A DNA stretch of 41,747 bases from an uncultured Bacteroidales bacterium. GTDB taxonomy: Bacteria > Bacteroidota > Bacteroidia > Bacteroidales > UBA7960. Below, piece after piece: positions 17,067 to 25,157 of this stretch (position 1 is its first letter; every line of letters starts with the position of its first letter). A model generated the notes under the pieces. That model was not told the DNA's origin and ran no database searches. It worked only from the letters and a program-made list of their open reading frames with translations. Location: the NCBI GenBank assembly GCA_964465275.1, contig CAYXIT010000017.1:2236-43982 (forward strand), given 5' to 3'. The position numbers and the translations under genes were made by a program.

Positions 17067-17690
17067 ATGAACTTCAATAAAAATCTAAACAACATCAGTA
17101 TACTGTTTTTCAGTTTTGTTGCCATCATTGTGGTGATCAATCTTTTTACCACAAAAAACTACGGCAGATCAAACGATGAGGTGGTAAGGCTTCTGGATAC
17201 CCATGAATATATGCTTGACTATTATGAACTGCGTAATGCAATATCACAACAGGCTGACAATTACTTATTTATTGATCTGCGAACTGAAACAGAATACGAG
17301 TCAGGTCATATACCCGGAGCAATTAACATTCCCTTTGATCAGTTGCTCGAGAGCAGGAATATAAAAACTGTCAAAAGATCAGGCGATCAAATACCAGTAT
17401 TGTATGCCGGATCAGAATCAAAAGCACAAACTGCCCGTATGTTGCTTCTGGCAAAAGGTCTGGATGCCGGCATCAGGGTAATGGGTGGCAACTACAACAC
17501 AGCTGTGGAGTTTGCCATTGAAGATTTTAAGCCTGCCTTTGCAGCCTATAAAGATGAAAAAGCCAGGTTTGACTACCGCAGATTCATGCGACCCTCCCCT
17601 ACCGGCCAACCTGCTAAAAAACGAGATCAACCGGCAGGTATTATTCCTGCAGTAAATCAACAAACACTCTCTGCTCAGGGTGGTTGCTGA
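17067..17690 (+). CDS. membrane-anchored rhodanese-like protein lacking the active-site Cys, with a C-terminal -AQGGC tail
   Basis: N-terminal anchor ISILFFSFVAIIVVINLF. Rhodanese fold LFIDLRTETEYESGHIPGAINIPF...VLYAGSESKAQTA, with Ala at the catalytic position. A Pro/Gln-rich linker follows, and the protein ends SAQGGC. The terminal Cys is its only cysteine. Confidence 0.8.
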   Translation: MNFNKNLNNISILFFSFVAIIVVINLFTTKNYGRSNDEVVRLLDTHEYMLDYYELRNAISQQADNYLFIDLRTETEYESGHIPGAINIPFDQLLESRNIKTVKRSGDQIPVLYAGSESKAQTARMLLLAKGLDAGIRVMGGNYNTAVEFAIEDFKPAFAAYKDEKARFDYRRFMRPSPTGQPAKKRDQPAGIIPAVNQQTLSAQGGC

Positions 17691-17699
17691 TAATTAGTT

Positions 17700-17745
17700 G
17701 GGGTTACCGGTTAAGAAATTCTCTTAGGGTAACCCCGTTTTATTT
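17700..17745 (+). terminator. rho-independent terminator closing the sulfur/cytochrome operon
   Basis: Perfect 9-bp stem ggggttacc (17700-17708) / ggtaacccc (17728-17736). An inner 5-bp stem pairs taaga with tctta. The hairpin is followed by gttttattt and starts 10 nt after the stop codon. Confidence 0.8.
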
Positions 17746-17840
17746 AGTTGATATTATTGCCGGTTTATTAATGGCTTCATTGGATTGTGATTTTGCCATT
17801 TTTTTCTTATTTTTAGGAGACAAACGTGAAACTATTTTCG

Positions 17841-20327
17841 ATGGCAATGAATTTCCAGAACAATCCTCAATTACAACTGGCTCACGATTTTGTTGAGCAA
17901 ACCGGCATGAATATTTTTCTTACCGGCCGGGCAGGCACAGGTAAAACCACTTTTCTGCAATACATCAGATCAAATTCTTTCAAACGTTCTGTGGTGGTTG
18001 CACCCACAGGTGTTGCCGCTATCAATGCAGGCGGAGTAACAATACACTCTTTTTTCCAGCTCCCTTTCGGTCCTATTTTACCTGAAGACTCAGAATTCAG
18101 GAGGCAACAGGAAGATCATCGCTTCCATAAACTCAACAAAGAAAAGATCAATATCATCCGCAGTCTCGATCTGCTTATCATTGATGAGATAAGCATGGTG
18201 CGGGCCGATCTTCTGGACGGAATTGATCAGGTGCTGCGACGCTATCGCAACCGGTATAAACCTTTTGGTGGATTACAACTCCTGCTCATCGGCGACCTTC
18301 AGCAATTGGCACCGGTGGTAAAAGATGATGATACTGCCCTGTTGGGAAAATATTACGACAACTTCTTTTTCTTTGGTAGCAAAGCATTACAACAAACAAA
18401 ATACATCAGCATTGAACTTCAGCAAATATACAGGCAAACCGATAAGGAATTCATAGATTTGCTGAACAGAGTGCGAAACAATCAACTTGATCAATATTAC
18501 CTTCAGAAACTTAACCGCCAATACAGGCCCGGCTTTATGCCGGATGAAGATGAAGGATACATAACTCTTACCACCCATAATCAACAGGCCGCACAGATCA
18601 ACCAGACAAGATTAAGATCCTTACGCAGTAGTGTAAGATTCTTTAAAGCATATATTGATGGTGACTTCCCTGAAATGGCCTATCCTACAGAAGAAAGCCT
18701 GAGTCTCAAAACCGGTGCCCAGGTTATGTTTGTAAAGAACGACCCTTCTCCTGAAAAACTTTTCTATAACGGCAAGATTGGAGTAGTGGAAAGTATGGAA
18801 GATGATATGATTTATGTTAAATGCCCCGGAGAGGATTCACTGATAGCCGTAACACCTCTCATGTGGGAAAACCGTCGCTACAAACTAGACCCCGACACCA
18901 AAGAGATACGCGAAAACGTGATCGGTACCTTTACCCAATATCCTTTAAAACTGGCCTGGGCCATTACCATACATAAAAGCCAGGGATTAACCTTTGAGAA
19001 AGCTATAATTGATGCGCAGGCAGCCTTTGCACACGGCCAGGTATATGTAGCACTGAGCCGCTGCAAAACACTCGAAGGACTTGTGCTGAGTTCACGAATC
19101 TCAGGTCAGGCCATAAAAAGCGACATGAGCGTAAAAGATTTTTCTTTTAATATTAAGCAAAATCAGCCTGACGAACAAGTACTTTCCGGTGCACGACTGC
19201 AATTCCAGCATGAGCTGCTCGATGAACTGTTTGACTTCGATCCTGTTCAGCGTCGTCTGAATTATTTGCAAAAGCTCGTCAAAGAAAACATTGGCTCCAT
19301 TGATGAAGGAATCGCTGATATGCTGAAACCTCTCAGTAAAGAACTGGAGGACCTGGCAGGCGTGGGGTCAAAGTTCATGGTGGAGATCAGCAAACATGTA
19401 AAAAATTACGGGCAGATAGAAAATAATATAGCGTTGCAGGATCGTATCAGGAAGGCTTGCAGCTATTTCATTCCCCGGCTCGAAAAGGAAGTGATAAACA
19501 TACTTGAAAATGTAGTGATTGACAGCGATAACAAGCAGGTAAAGAAATCCCTTACCGAAGCTTATGATCGTCTTTTTCATGAGGGAGAGCTGAAACTTGC
19601 CTGCCTGAATGCCTGCACCGAAGGCTTTAAAACCGCAAACTACCTGGAAGTGAGAGCCAAAGCATCCATTGAAAAGACCCGCAGCCGTGAACGAAAACCC
19701 GGCAAATTTGCTGCAGTTTCTGATGTTTCGAACCATCCGCAGCTTCTTGAACAACTGCGCAACTGGCGCAACAGGGCTGCCGTTGAACTTGGCATTCCCA
19801 TTTTCATGATCCTGCCGCGCAAATCCATGATTTCCATCACCAACGAGTTGCCTGCATCTCTCAAGGCACTGAAAGCCATCTATGGCATGGGAAAGAAAAA
19901 GACTGAACAGTTTGGCCCCGATATCATTTCCATCGTGCAGGAATACTGTGCCAACAATGATCTGCAGCCCCAATATGATGCACCCGATACCGGCAAGCCC
20001 GAAAAAAAGCCCAAAGAGAGAAAAAAACCTTCGGCTGAGACCAGCCTTGAGCTTTACAGGCAGGGCAAAACCGTCGGGGAGATTGCAAAGGAAAGAGAAC
20101 TGGCCAAAAGCACCATTGAAGGACATCTCGCCAATTATATTGCTAACGGCGAGATCCCGGTGGAAGATATTGTAACCCCTGAAAAGATACAACCCCTTAT
20201 GGACTATTTTTCAAAATCGGAAGATCACAGCTTGAGCCTTGCACGACAAACCCTGGGAAATGAGTATTCATACCAGGAGATCAGATGTGTTCTGAGCCAC
20301 TACAGGTATAAAAATCAGCTCTTATAA
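17841..20327 (+). CDS. Pif1/RecD-like superfamily-1 helicase with a C-terminal HRDC-like region and a helix-turn-helix region
   Basis: Walker A is LTGRAGTGKTT and Walker B is LLIIDEISMV. AITIHKSQGLTF and VALSRC are typical of Pif1/RecD. The HRDC-like segment is LLEQLRNWRNRAAVELGIPIFMILPRKSM...IYGMGKKKTEQFG, and the HTH-like segment is LYRQGKTVGEIAKERELAKSTIEGHL. The start was set at the first ATG (17841); the track start at 17826 is GTG. Confidence 0.8.
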   Translation: MAMNFQNNPQLQLAHDFVEQTGMNIFLTGRAGTGKTTFLQYIRSNSFKRSVVVAPTGVAAINAGGVTIHSFFQLPFGPILPEDSEFRRQQEDHRFHKLNKEKINIIRSLDLLIIDEISMVRADLLDGIDQVLRRYRNRYKPFGGLQLLLIGDLQQLAPVVKDDDTALLGKYYDNFFFFGSKALQQTKYISIELQQIYRQTDKEFIDLLNRVRNNQLDQYYLQKLNRQYRPGFMPDEDEGYITLTTHNQQAAQINQTRLRSLRSSVRFFKAYIDGDFPEMAYPTEESLSLKTGAQVMFVKNDPSPEKLFYNGKIGVVESMEDDMIYVKCPGEDSLIAVTPLMWENRRYKLDPDTKEIRENVIGTFTQYPLKLAWAITIHKSQGLTFEKAIIDAQAAFAHGQVYVALSRCKTLEGLVLSSRISGQAIKSDMSVKDFSFNIKQNQPDEQVLSGARLQFQHELLDELFDFDPVQRRLNYLQKLVKENIGSIDEGIADMLKPLSKELEDLAGVGSKFMVEISKHVKNYGQIENNIALQDRIRKACSYFIPRLEKEVINILENVVIDSDNKQVKKSLTEAYDRLFHEGELKLACLNACTEGFKTANYLEVRAKASIEKTRSRERKPGKFAAVSDVSNHPQLLEQLRNWRNRAAVELGIPIFMILPRKSMISITNELPASLKALKAIYGMGKKKTEQFGPDIISIVQEYCANNDLQPQYDAPDTGKPEKKPKERKKPSAETSLELYRQGKTVGEIAKERELAKSTIEGHLANYIANGEIPVEDIVTPEKIQPLMDYFSKSEDHSLSLARQTLGNEYSYQEIRCVLSHYRYKNQLL

Positions 20328-20347
20328 TTTCTGAACCTAAAGGCTTC

Positions 20348-21511
20348 TCACATTTCCATATACAATTCCAGCACATTGACCAATTGATCAATTTCCCTGA
20401 AGTTGTTGAAAAAATTGCATGCTATTCTGATATTTCCAGCCCTTAGAGAAGTAACAATATTATGTTTACGTAAAAAATCCACAGCAGATGCATTATCTGC
20501 TTCCCTTAAACTGATAAGGATAATAGCAGAACGATGGCGGCGTTCTTTAACCGGAGATATCACATCTACAGGTAGTTCACTGAGTTGCTCCAACAGATAA
20601 CCGGTCAGTTGCTCTATCCTTTCCCTGATCTTTTCGCGCCCGATTTCTTTAAAAAATTCAATTCCGGTATCGAGCCCCAATAAGGCCTGAAAATTCATAG
20701 TACCGAAATTATATTGTTCAGCAGTATCAAAAGCCTTGTATTTCACGTTTTTTTGGGTGGGAATAAAATCATCCTCCGGAGGTTCTACTGATAACCATCC
20801 GGCCATTGCACCGGGGTATTTTTTCCTGAAATCTTCAGAAGTAAAGAACAGCGTTCCGGCCACAGCACATAACCCCCATTTATGGAATGAAACCGTCATT
20901 ACATCAATATGCATTTCCTTTACATCAACCTCATAAACCGGAAAAGCCTGTGTTGCATTCACGATAAATAACAAGCCCTTTTCTTTCAAAGCTTTACCAA
21001 GTTTCTCCATTTCTAACATAAAACCGGTTGAATATTGCACATAACTGCAAACCACTCCCAGCGTTTTGTCATCAACGGCATCAAGGATCTTTTCTGCGGA
21101 ATAAATCCCCTCTTCGGGCTCAACAAATTTCATAGGAATTCCCTGGAACTCAAATGGGATATGCGATGCCGGAAACTCATCCTGCAGAGAAACCAGGTTA
21201 AAATCTTCCTTCGCAGCCGACTTTTTCAATGCTGCTGCCACAAAGCTGAAGGCTGTGGATGAATTGTGGGCAAAAACAACATTGTCCCGGACAGTATTGA
21301 TCATCTCAGCCAGTTTTCCTCTCAGAACATTGGTACGTTCCAGGTCATCAAGGAAGTACATATCACCAAACCGGTTCAGCTTCTCATATGCATTTACAAC
21401 AGTTTTGAAAACCCGCGTAGGGATCGGACTCATTCCGGCACTGTGAAAATACGCCAGATTTTTTGTTACCGGGAACTCTTCACGTATTTCATCCCAGAAT
21501 TTTTCATCCAT
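20348..21511 (-). CDS. class V aminotransferase-fold PLP-dependent enzyme
   Basis: 387 aa. The PLP-lysine context is MTVSFHKWG, and the C-terminal motif is RAGNIRIACNFFNNFREID. I did not find a SufS/NifS-type catalytic Cys loop. Confidence 0.7.
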   Translation of the reverse strand: MDEKFWDEIREEFPVTKNLAYFHSAGMSPIPTRVFKTVVNAYEKLNRFGDMYFLDDLERTNVLRGKLAEMINTVRDNVVFAHNSSTAFSFVAAALKKSAAKEDFNLVSLQDEFPASHIPFEFQGIPMKFVEPEEGIYSAEKILDAVDDKTLGVVCSYVQYSTGFMLEMEKLGKALKEKGLLFIVNATQAFPVYEVDVKEMHIDVMTVSFHKWGLCAVAGTLFFTSEDFRKKYPGAMAGWLSVEPPEDDFIPTQKNVKYKAFDTAEQYNFGTMNFQALLGLDTGIEFFKEIGREKIRERIEQLTGYLLEQLSELPVDVISPVKERRHRSAIILISLREADNASAVDFLRKHNIVTSLRAGNIRIACNFFNNFREIDQLVNVLELYMEM

Positions 21512-21586
21512 AACATTTATTATCTTTTGATTTTTGTATATGCAACTGACCTGTTAAGCGAATTATGTCTCACCCCTTCTATACAG

Positions 21587-22114
21587 CTACTCATCATCGT
21601 TTGATATAATACGGTTAAAAGTGTCCTTAACCAATAAATAGTCTTTGGATGGCAGTATTGCCGGAACAAAGGCTTCTACTTTTTCATACAGAAAGCTTTC
21701 GTTGCGTGTTTCTTCTGACATCAGAATGCCGTTGCGATTGAGGTAGTTGAAAAAGATCAAAACCACGCTAAGCACAAATGCAATCTTAACAATGCCTGCA
21801 CCAATACCGGCAACCCGGTTAATAAGATTTGTACCGGTGAGCTTAAAGATTTTTTCAATCATTCGTCCGGCCAAATTCACCAACACTACTATCAATACAA
21901 AAACTGCAACAAAAGCCAGTATTTTAAAGGTCATAACGTTCCAGTCGGTAAGCTCTGTAATTATTTTGCCCAATATATCAGCAATGAGGGCAGCAAAAAA
22001 CACCCCGGCAACCAAACCGAAAAGTGCGGCCACTTCCATAATGAAACCCCGCGAGAAACCTCTGATGGCGCCGATTGCAAGGGGAATGGCAAGAATAATA
22101 TCTACATGGTTCAT
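21587..22114 (-). CDS. cvpA: CvpA-family membrane protein
   Basis: The N-terminus MNHVDIILAIPLAIGAIRGFSRGFIMEV and four hydrophobic helices are typical of the colicin V production family. Confidence 0.75.
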   Translation of the reverse strand: MNHVDIILAIPLAIGAIRGFSRGFIMEVAALFGLVAGVFFAALIADILGKIITELTDWNVMTFKILAFVAVFVLIVVLVNLAGRMIEKIFKLTGTNLINRVAGIGAGIVKIAFVLSVVLIFFNYLNRNGILMSEETRNESFLYEKVEAFVPAILPSKDYLLVKDTFNRIISNDDE

Positions 22115-22133
22115 TGATATTGTTTTATGATCG

Positions 22134-22541
22134 TTAATCTTCGCTTAGCTGAAGAATGATGTCAAACTCATCCTTCTTCAAAGGCATAACCGATAGTCGC
22201 GATTGTTTTACCAGGGCAATATTTTCCAACCGGTCATCTTTTTTGATCTGTTCAAGCCTGACAGGTTTGCTAAGTGTATCAACCGGTACTAGATCAACCA
22301 CTACCCAGCGATCATCATCGGCAGTAGGATCAGGATAATGTTCCTTTACTACTTTTGCTATTCCCATTACTTCTTTGGCACTTACGCTATGATAAAACAA
22401 TACCAGGTCGCCCTTTTCCATCTCTTTCAGATTATTGCGCGCCTGGTAATTACGCACCCCTTCCCACATGGTTTTGCCTTCTTTTACAAACCTTTCCCAG
22501 GAATATGCATCAGGTTCTGATTTTACCAGCCAATAGTTCAT
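22134..22541 (-). CDS. EVE (PUA-like) domain protein
   Basis: MNYWLVKSEPDAYSWERF...WEGVRNYQARNNLKEMEKGDLVLFYHS is the canonical EVE-domain N-terminus. 135 aa. Confidence 0.85.
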   Translation of the reverse strand: MNYWLVKSEPDAYSWERFVKEGKTMWEGVRNYQARNNLKEMEKGDLVLFYHSVSAKEVMGIAKVVKEHYPDPTADDDRWVVVDLVPVDTLSKPVRLEQIKKDDRLENIALVKQSRLSVMPLKKDEFDIILQLSED

Positions 22542-22562
22542 ACTACAAATATTTTTAGTTTT

Positions 22563-23570
22563 TTAATTTAAAATTTTATATATCAATTCTTTAAGCAACT
22601 CTCCCTGATCAGCTGACAGATTTTCCACACCCTTGTATTTCAGATCATATTCACGCAGGTCAGAGAAAATACTGATGAGCTTTTTACCGGAATATTGTGC
22701 AGCTGCTTTCTGGTAGTTTGACACCAGGTAAGGCGGTACACCCAGCTCAGAGGCAACATTTGTGCGGCTTTTATCTTTTAAAAAATGATATAAAAGCAGT
22801 TTTATGAAAAAGCTGTGCAGCACTGCAACAGTAACTACAAAAGGGTTGGTCTTGGGATTGTCGCCAAAATATTTTGCAATCTGAAAAGCTTTGAAAGCAT
22901 TTTTCGTTCCCAGTGCTTCCTGCAGTTCAAATACGTTATAGTCTTTGCTTATTCCTATATTCTGTTCGATGAGAATGGGGGTAACTTCATTGCCTTTGGC
23001 CAGGGAAATAAAAACTTTCTGGATTTCATTAACCACTTTCCCCAGATCATTTCCGAGGTGATCGGCCAGCATTTGTGTGGCTTTGGGTCCTATTTTATAC
23101 CCATGGCGGTTTACGTAACGCTGGATCCAGTCAGGCATTTTATTGTCATACACCTTCTTTGAATCCATCACCACGCCGTTTTCTGCAAATGCTTTTACAA
23201 GCCTGCTGTTTTTACGTAGTGATTTGTATTTATGACAAATTACAAGAATTGTACTTTTCAAAGGATTTTCAATATAACCTGCAAGTGTTTCTATTTCCTT
23301 TACCCCCTGGGCTTCCTTAATTACAACAACCTGATGATTGGCCATCATAGGAAAACGCTTTGCTGTACTGATGATGGTGGGCACATCGGTTTCGCGACCA
23401 TAAATAACAGTTTGATTGAACTCTTTCTCATTTTCATCCAGTACATTTTCTTCAATGTAACGCGATATTACATCAATATAAAAAGGCTCTTCACCCATAA
23501 GCAGGTAAACAGGGTGATACACCTTATTGCGTAAATCTCGGTAAATGTCTTCCCAGGAATACTCCTTCAT
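22563..23570 (-). CDS. holA: DNA polymerase III delta subunit
   Basis: 335 aa. YHPVYLLMGEEPFYIDVISRYIEENVL is the typical Bacteroidota HolA N-terminus. The usual neighbouring HsdR-N-domain gene is present. Confidence 0.75.
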   Translation of the reverse strand: MKEYSWEDIYRDLRNKVYHPVYLLMGEEPFYIDVISRYIEENVLDENEKEFNQTVIYGRETDVPTIISTAKRFPMMANHQVVVIKEAQGVKEIETLAGYIENPLKSTILVICHKYKSLRKNSRLVKAFAENGVVMDSKKVYDNKMPDWIQRYVNRHGYKIGPKATQMLADHLGNDLGKVVNEIQKVFISLAKGNEVTPILIEQNIGISKDYNVFELQEALGTKNAFKAFQIAKYFGDNPKTNPFVVTVAVLHSFFIKLLLYHFLKDKSRTNVASELGVPPYLVSNYQKAAAQYSGKKLISIFSDLREYDLKYKGVENLSADQGELLKELIYKILN

Positions 23571-23610
23571 AAAAAATCAAACGATTAATGCAATGCAGAT
23601 ATAAATTCTT

Positions 23611-24396
23611 TTAATGTTCATCATAATCGAACTTAAGGTGTTTAACGGTAAGACCGTTATTGATAAGTTCTTTTAGTGAATCCACGCCGATATCAAGGTG
23701 TTTTTCCACAAAGCTTTCACTGACAATCTTGTCACTTTCTTCGGTTTTTACCCCTGATGAGATCATGGGTTGATCCGACACAAGCAATAATGCACCGGTG
23801 GGTATTTTATTATAAAAACCTACTGAAAAAATGGTTGCCGTTTCCATATCAATTCCCATACAGCGAATTCGTCGCAGGTAATTTTTAAAATCGTCATCAT
23901 GCTCCCACACCCTACGATTGGTAGTGTAAATTGTACCGGTCCAGTAATCCATATTATGATTCCTTATATTTGTGGATACGGCTTTTTGCAGGCTAAAAGC
24001 AGGCAATGCAGGCACTTCAGGAGGAAAATAGTCATTTGATGTACCCTCTCCCCTGATTGCAGCAATAGGTAAAATAAGATCTCCTAATTGATTGATTTTT
24101 TTCAACCCGCCACACTTTCCAAGAAACAAAACTGCTTTGGGTTCAATAGTACTGAGAAGATCCATGATAGTAGCTGCATTGGCACTACCCATACCAAAGT
24201 TGATAATCGTCATATTTTCATGTGTCGCGCTTGGCATGGCACGGTCAAGTCCATTGATTTTCGTGTTGTATGTGCTTGCGAAAATATTTACATATTGAGT
24301 GAAATTGGTAAGCAGAATATATTTCCCGAATTCATCGAGAGCTGTTCCCGTATAACGCGGCAACCAGTTTTCAACTATTTCTTCTCTGGTTCTCAT
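23611..24396 (-). CDS. amn: AMP nucleosidase (short, PNP/UDP phosphorylase-fold form)
   Basis: REEIVENWLPRYTG..., GMGSANAATIMDLL, LFLGKCGGL and GIDMETATIF. The start was set at the ATG at 24396; the track start at 24417 is TTG. Confidence 0.65.
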   Translation of the reverse strand: MRTREEIVENWLPRYTGTALDEFGKYILLTNFTQYVNIFASTYNTKINGLDRAMPSATHENMTIINFGMGSANAATIMDLLSTIEPKAVLFLGKCGGLKKINQLGDLILPIAAIRGEGTSNDYFPPEVPALPAFSLQKAVSTNIRNHNMDYWTGTIYTTNRRVWEHDDDFKNYLRRIRCMGIDMETATIFSVGFYNKIPTGALLLVSDQPMISSGVKTEESDKIVSESFVEKHLDIGVDSLKELINNGLTVKHLKFDYDEH

Positions 24397-24559
24397 AGTT
24401 TTGATATGTTTTAACAAGGATGACAGATTTTACTGCTAAAATAAGTCTAATTAATCGAATTTAAGACAGCAATGCAAATTAAAATGGTAGCAAAATTAAT
24501 GGTTTTTGGGTAATGGACCACGGTGAAAGAAAAACACAAACCGGAGATTCAAAATATTC

Positions 24560-24567
24560 TAACTTTG
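24560..24567 (+). promoter_or_regulatory. candidate -7 promoter element (TAACTTTG)
   Basis: Perfect TAnnTTTG match 25 nt upstream of the ATG at 24593. Confidence 0.4.
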
Positions 24568-24592
24568 TCGTACAACTGATCTTTACCTGATA

Positions 24593-25045
24593 ATGAGACA
24601 ACTCAACCTGCCGGCATACGAATTTAAAACCATTAAAAAGAAAGATAAGACCTGGATTTTCGATCCATTCCGCAAGGGATACTTTGTGCTTACTCCTGAA
24701 GAATGGGTACGTCAACACTTTCTCATGTGGTTAACCAAAAGCCTGGGATATCCGGAAGGTTTAACAGCGGTTGAAACCTCATTGAAATATAATACTTTGC
24801 AAATGCGTGCCGATGTCGTAATATATAACCGGATGGGTAAACCTTTGATGATTATTGAATGTAAAGCCCCGCATGTTCAAATCACCGAAGCTACGCTGGA
24901 ACAGGCAGCACGATACAATTACAGTTTTAAAACCCAATATCTTGCGCTAACCAATGGCATGAAGCACTATTGTTGTCGTATCGATTTGAATGAGAAGAAA
25001 CTGATATATCTTGAAACCTTTCCTCATTTTGATGAAATATCCTGA
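24593..25045 (+). CDS. HsdR N-terminal-like PD-(D/E)xK fold protein (stand-alone)
   Basis: 150 aa. ...MRADVVIYNRMGKPLMIIECKAP... supplies the D...E-x-K nuclease-fold motif, preceded by EEWVRQHFLMWL. Confidence 0.7.
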   Translation: MRQLNLPAYEFKTIKKKDKTWIFDPFRKGYFVLTPEEWVRQHFLMWLTKSLGYPEGLTAVETSLKYNTLQMRADVVIYNRMGKPLMIIECKAPHVQITEATLEQAARYNYSFKTQYLALTNGMKHYCCRIDLNEKKLIYLETFPHFDEIS

Positions 25046-25157
25046 ATATCCGTATTTACATTGATAAATCATTGCTCCTTTTATTGTAATTTTATCATTC
25101 TTTATAAATCCACATATTGCTCGTGGGCTGAAAAATCAAAGACAAAACTGATTGTTC

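Noticed and set aside
19368-20192. 274-aa ORF antisense to the helicase gene
   Set aside because: It lies entirely within, and opposite to, a well-supported helicase CDS. The translation is low-complexity (Phe/Leu/Gly/Ile-rich) with no recognisable motif. This is typical of a shadow ORF.
17841-20327. Helicase as a marker of an integrative/conjugative or other mobile element
   Set aside because: No integrase, transposase, relaxase, tRNA target or flanking direct repeats are visible anywhere in the window.
20348-21511. Class V aminotransferase as a cysteine desulfurase belonging to the sulfur locus
   Set aside because: It is separated from the operon by a strong terminator and the helicase gene, and is on the opposite strand. 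I could not find a SufS/NifS-type catalytic cysteine loop. A link is therefore unsupported.
21747-22130. 127-aa ORF antisense to cvpA
   Set aside because: It is a shadow ORF of a membrane-protein gene. Its Thr/Ala/Ile/Lys-rich translation carries no motifs.
24593-25045. Restriction-modification or defence system suggested by the HsdR-N-like domain
   Set aside because: No methyltransferase, specificity subunit or helicase/nuclease partner is adjacent. This small stand-alone protein next to holA appears to be a conserved housekeeping arrangement in Bacteroidota, as far as I recall.
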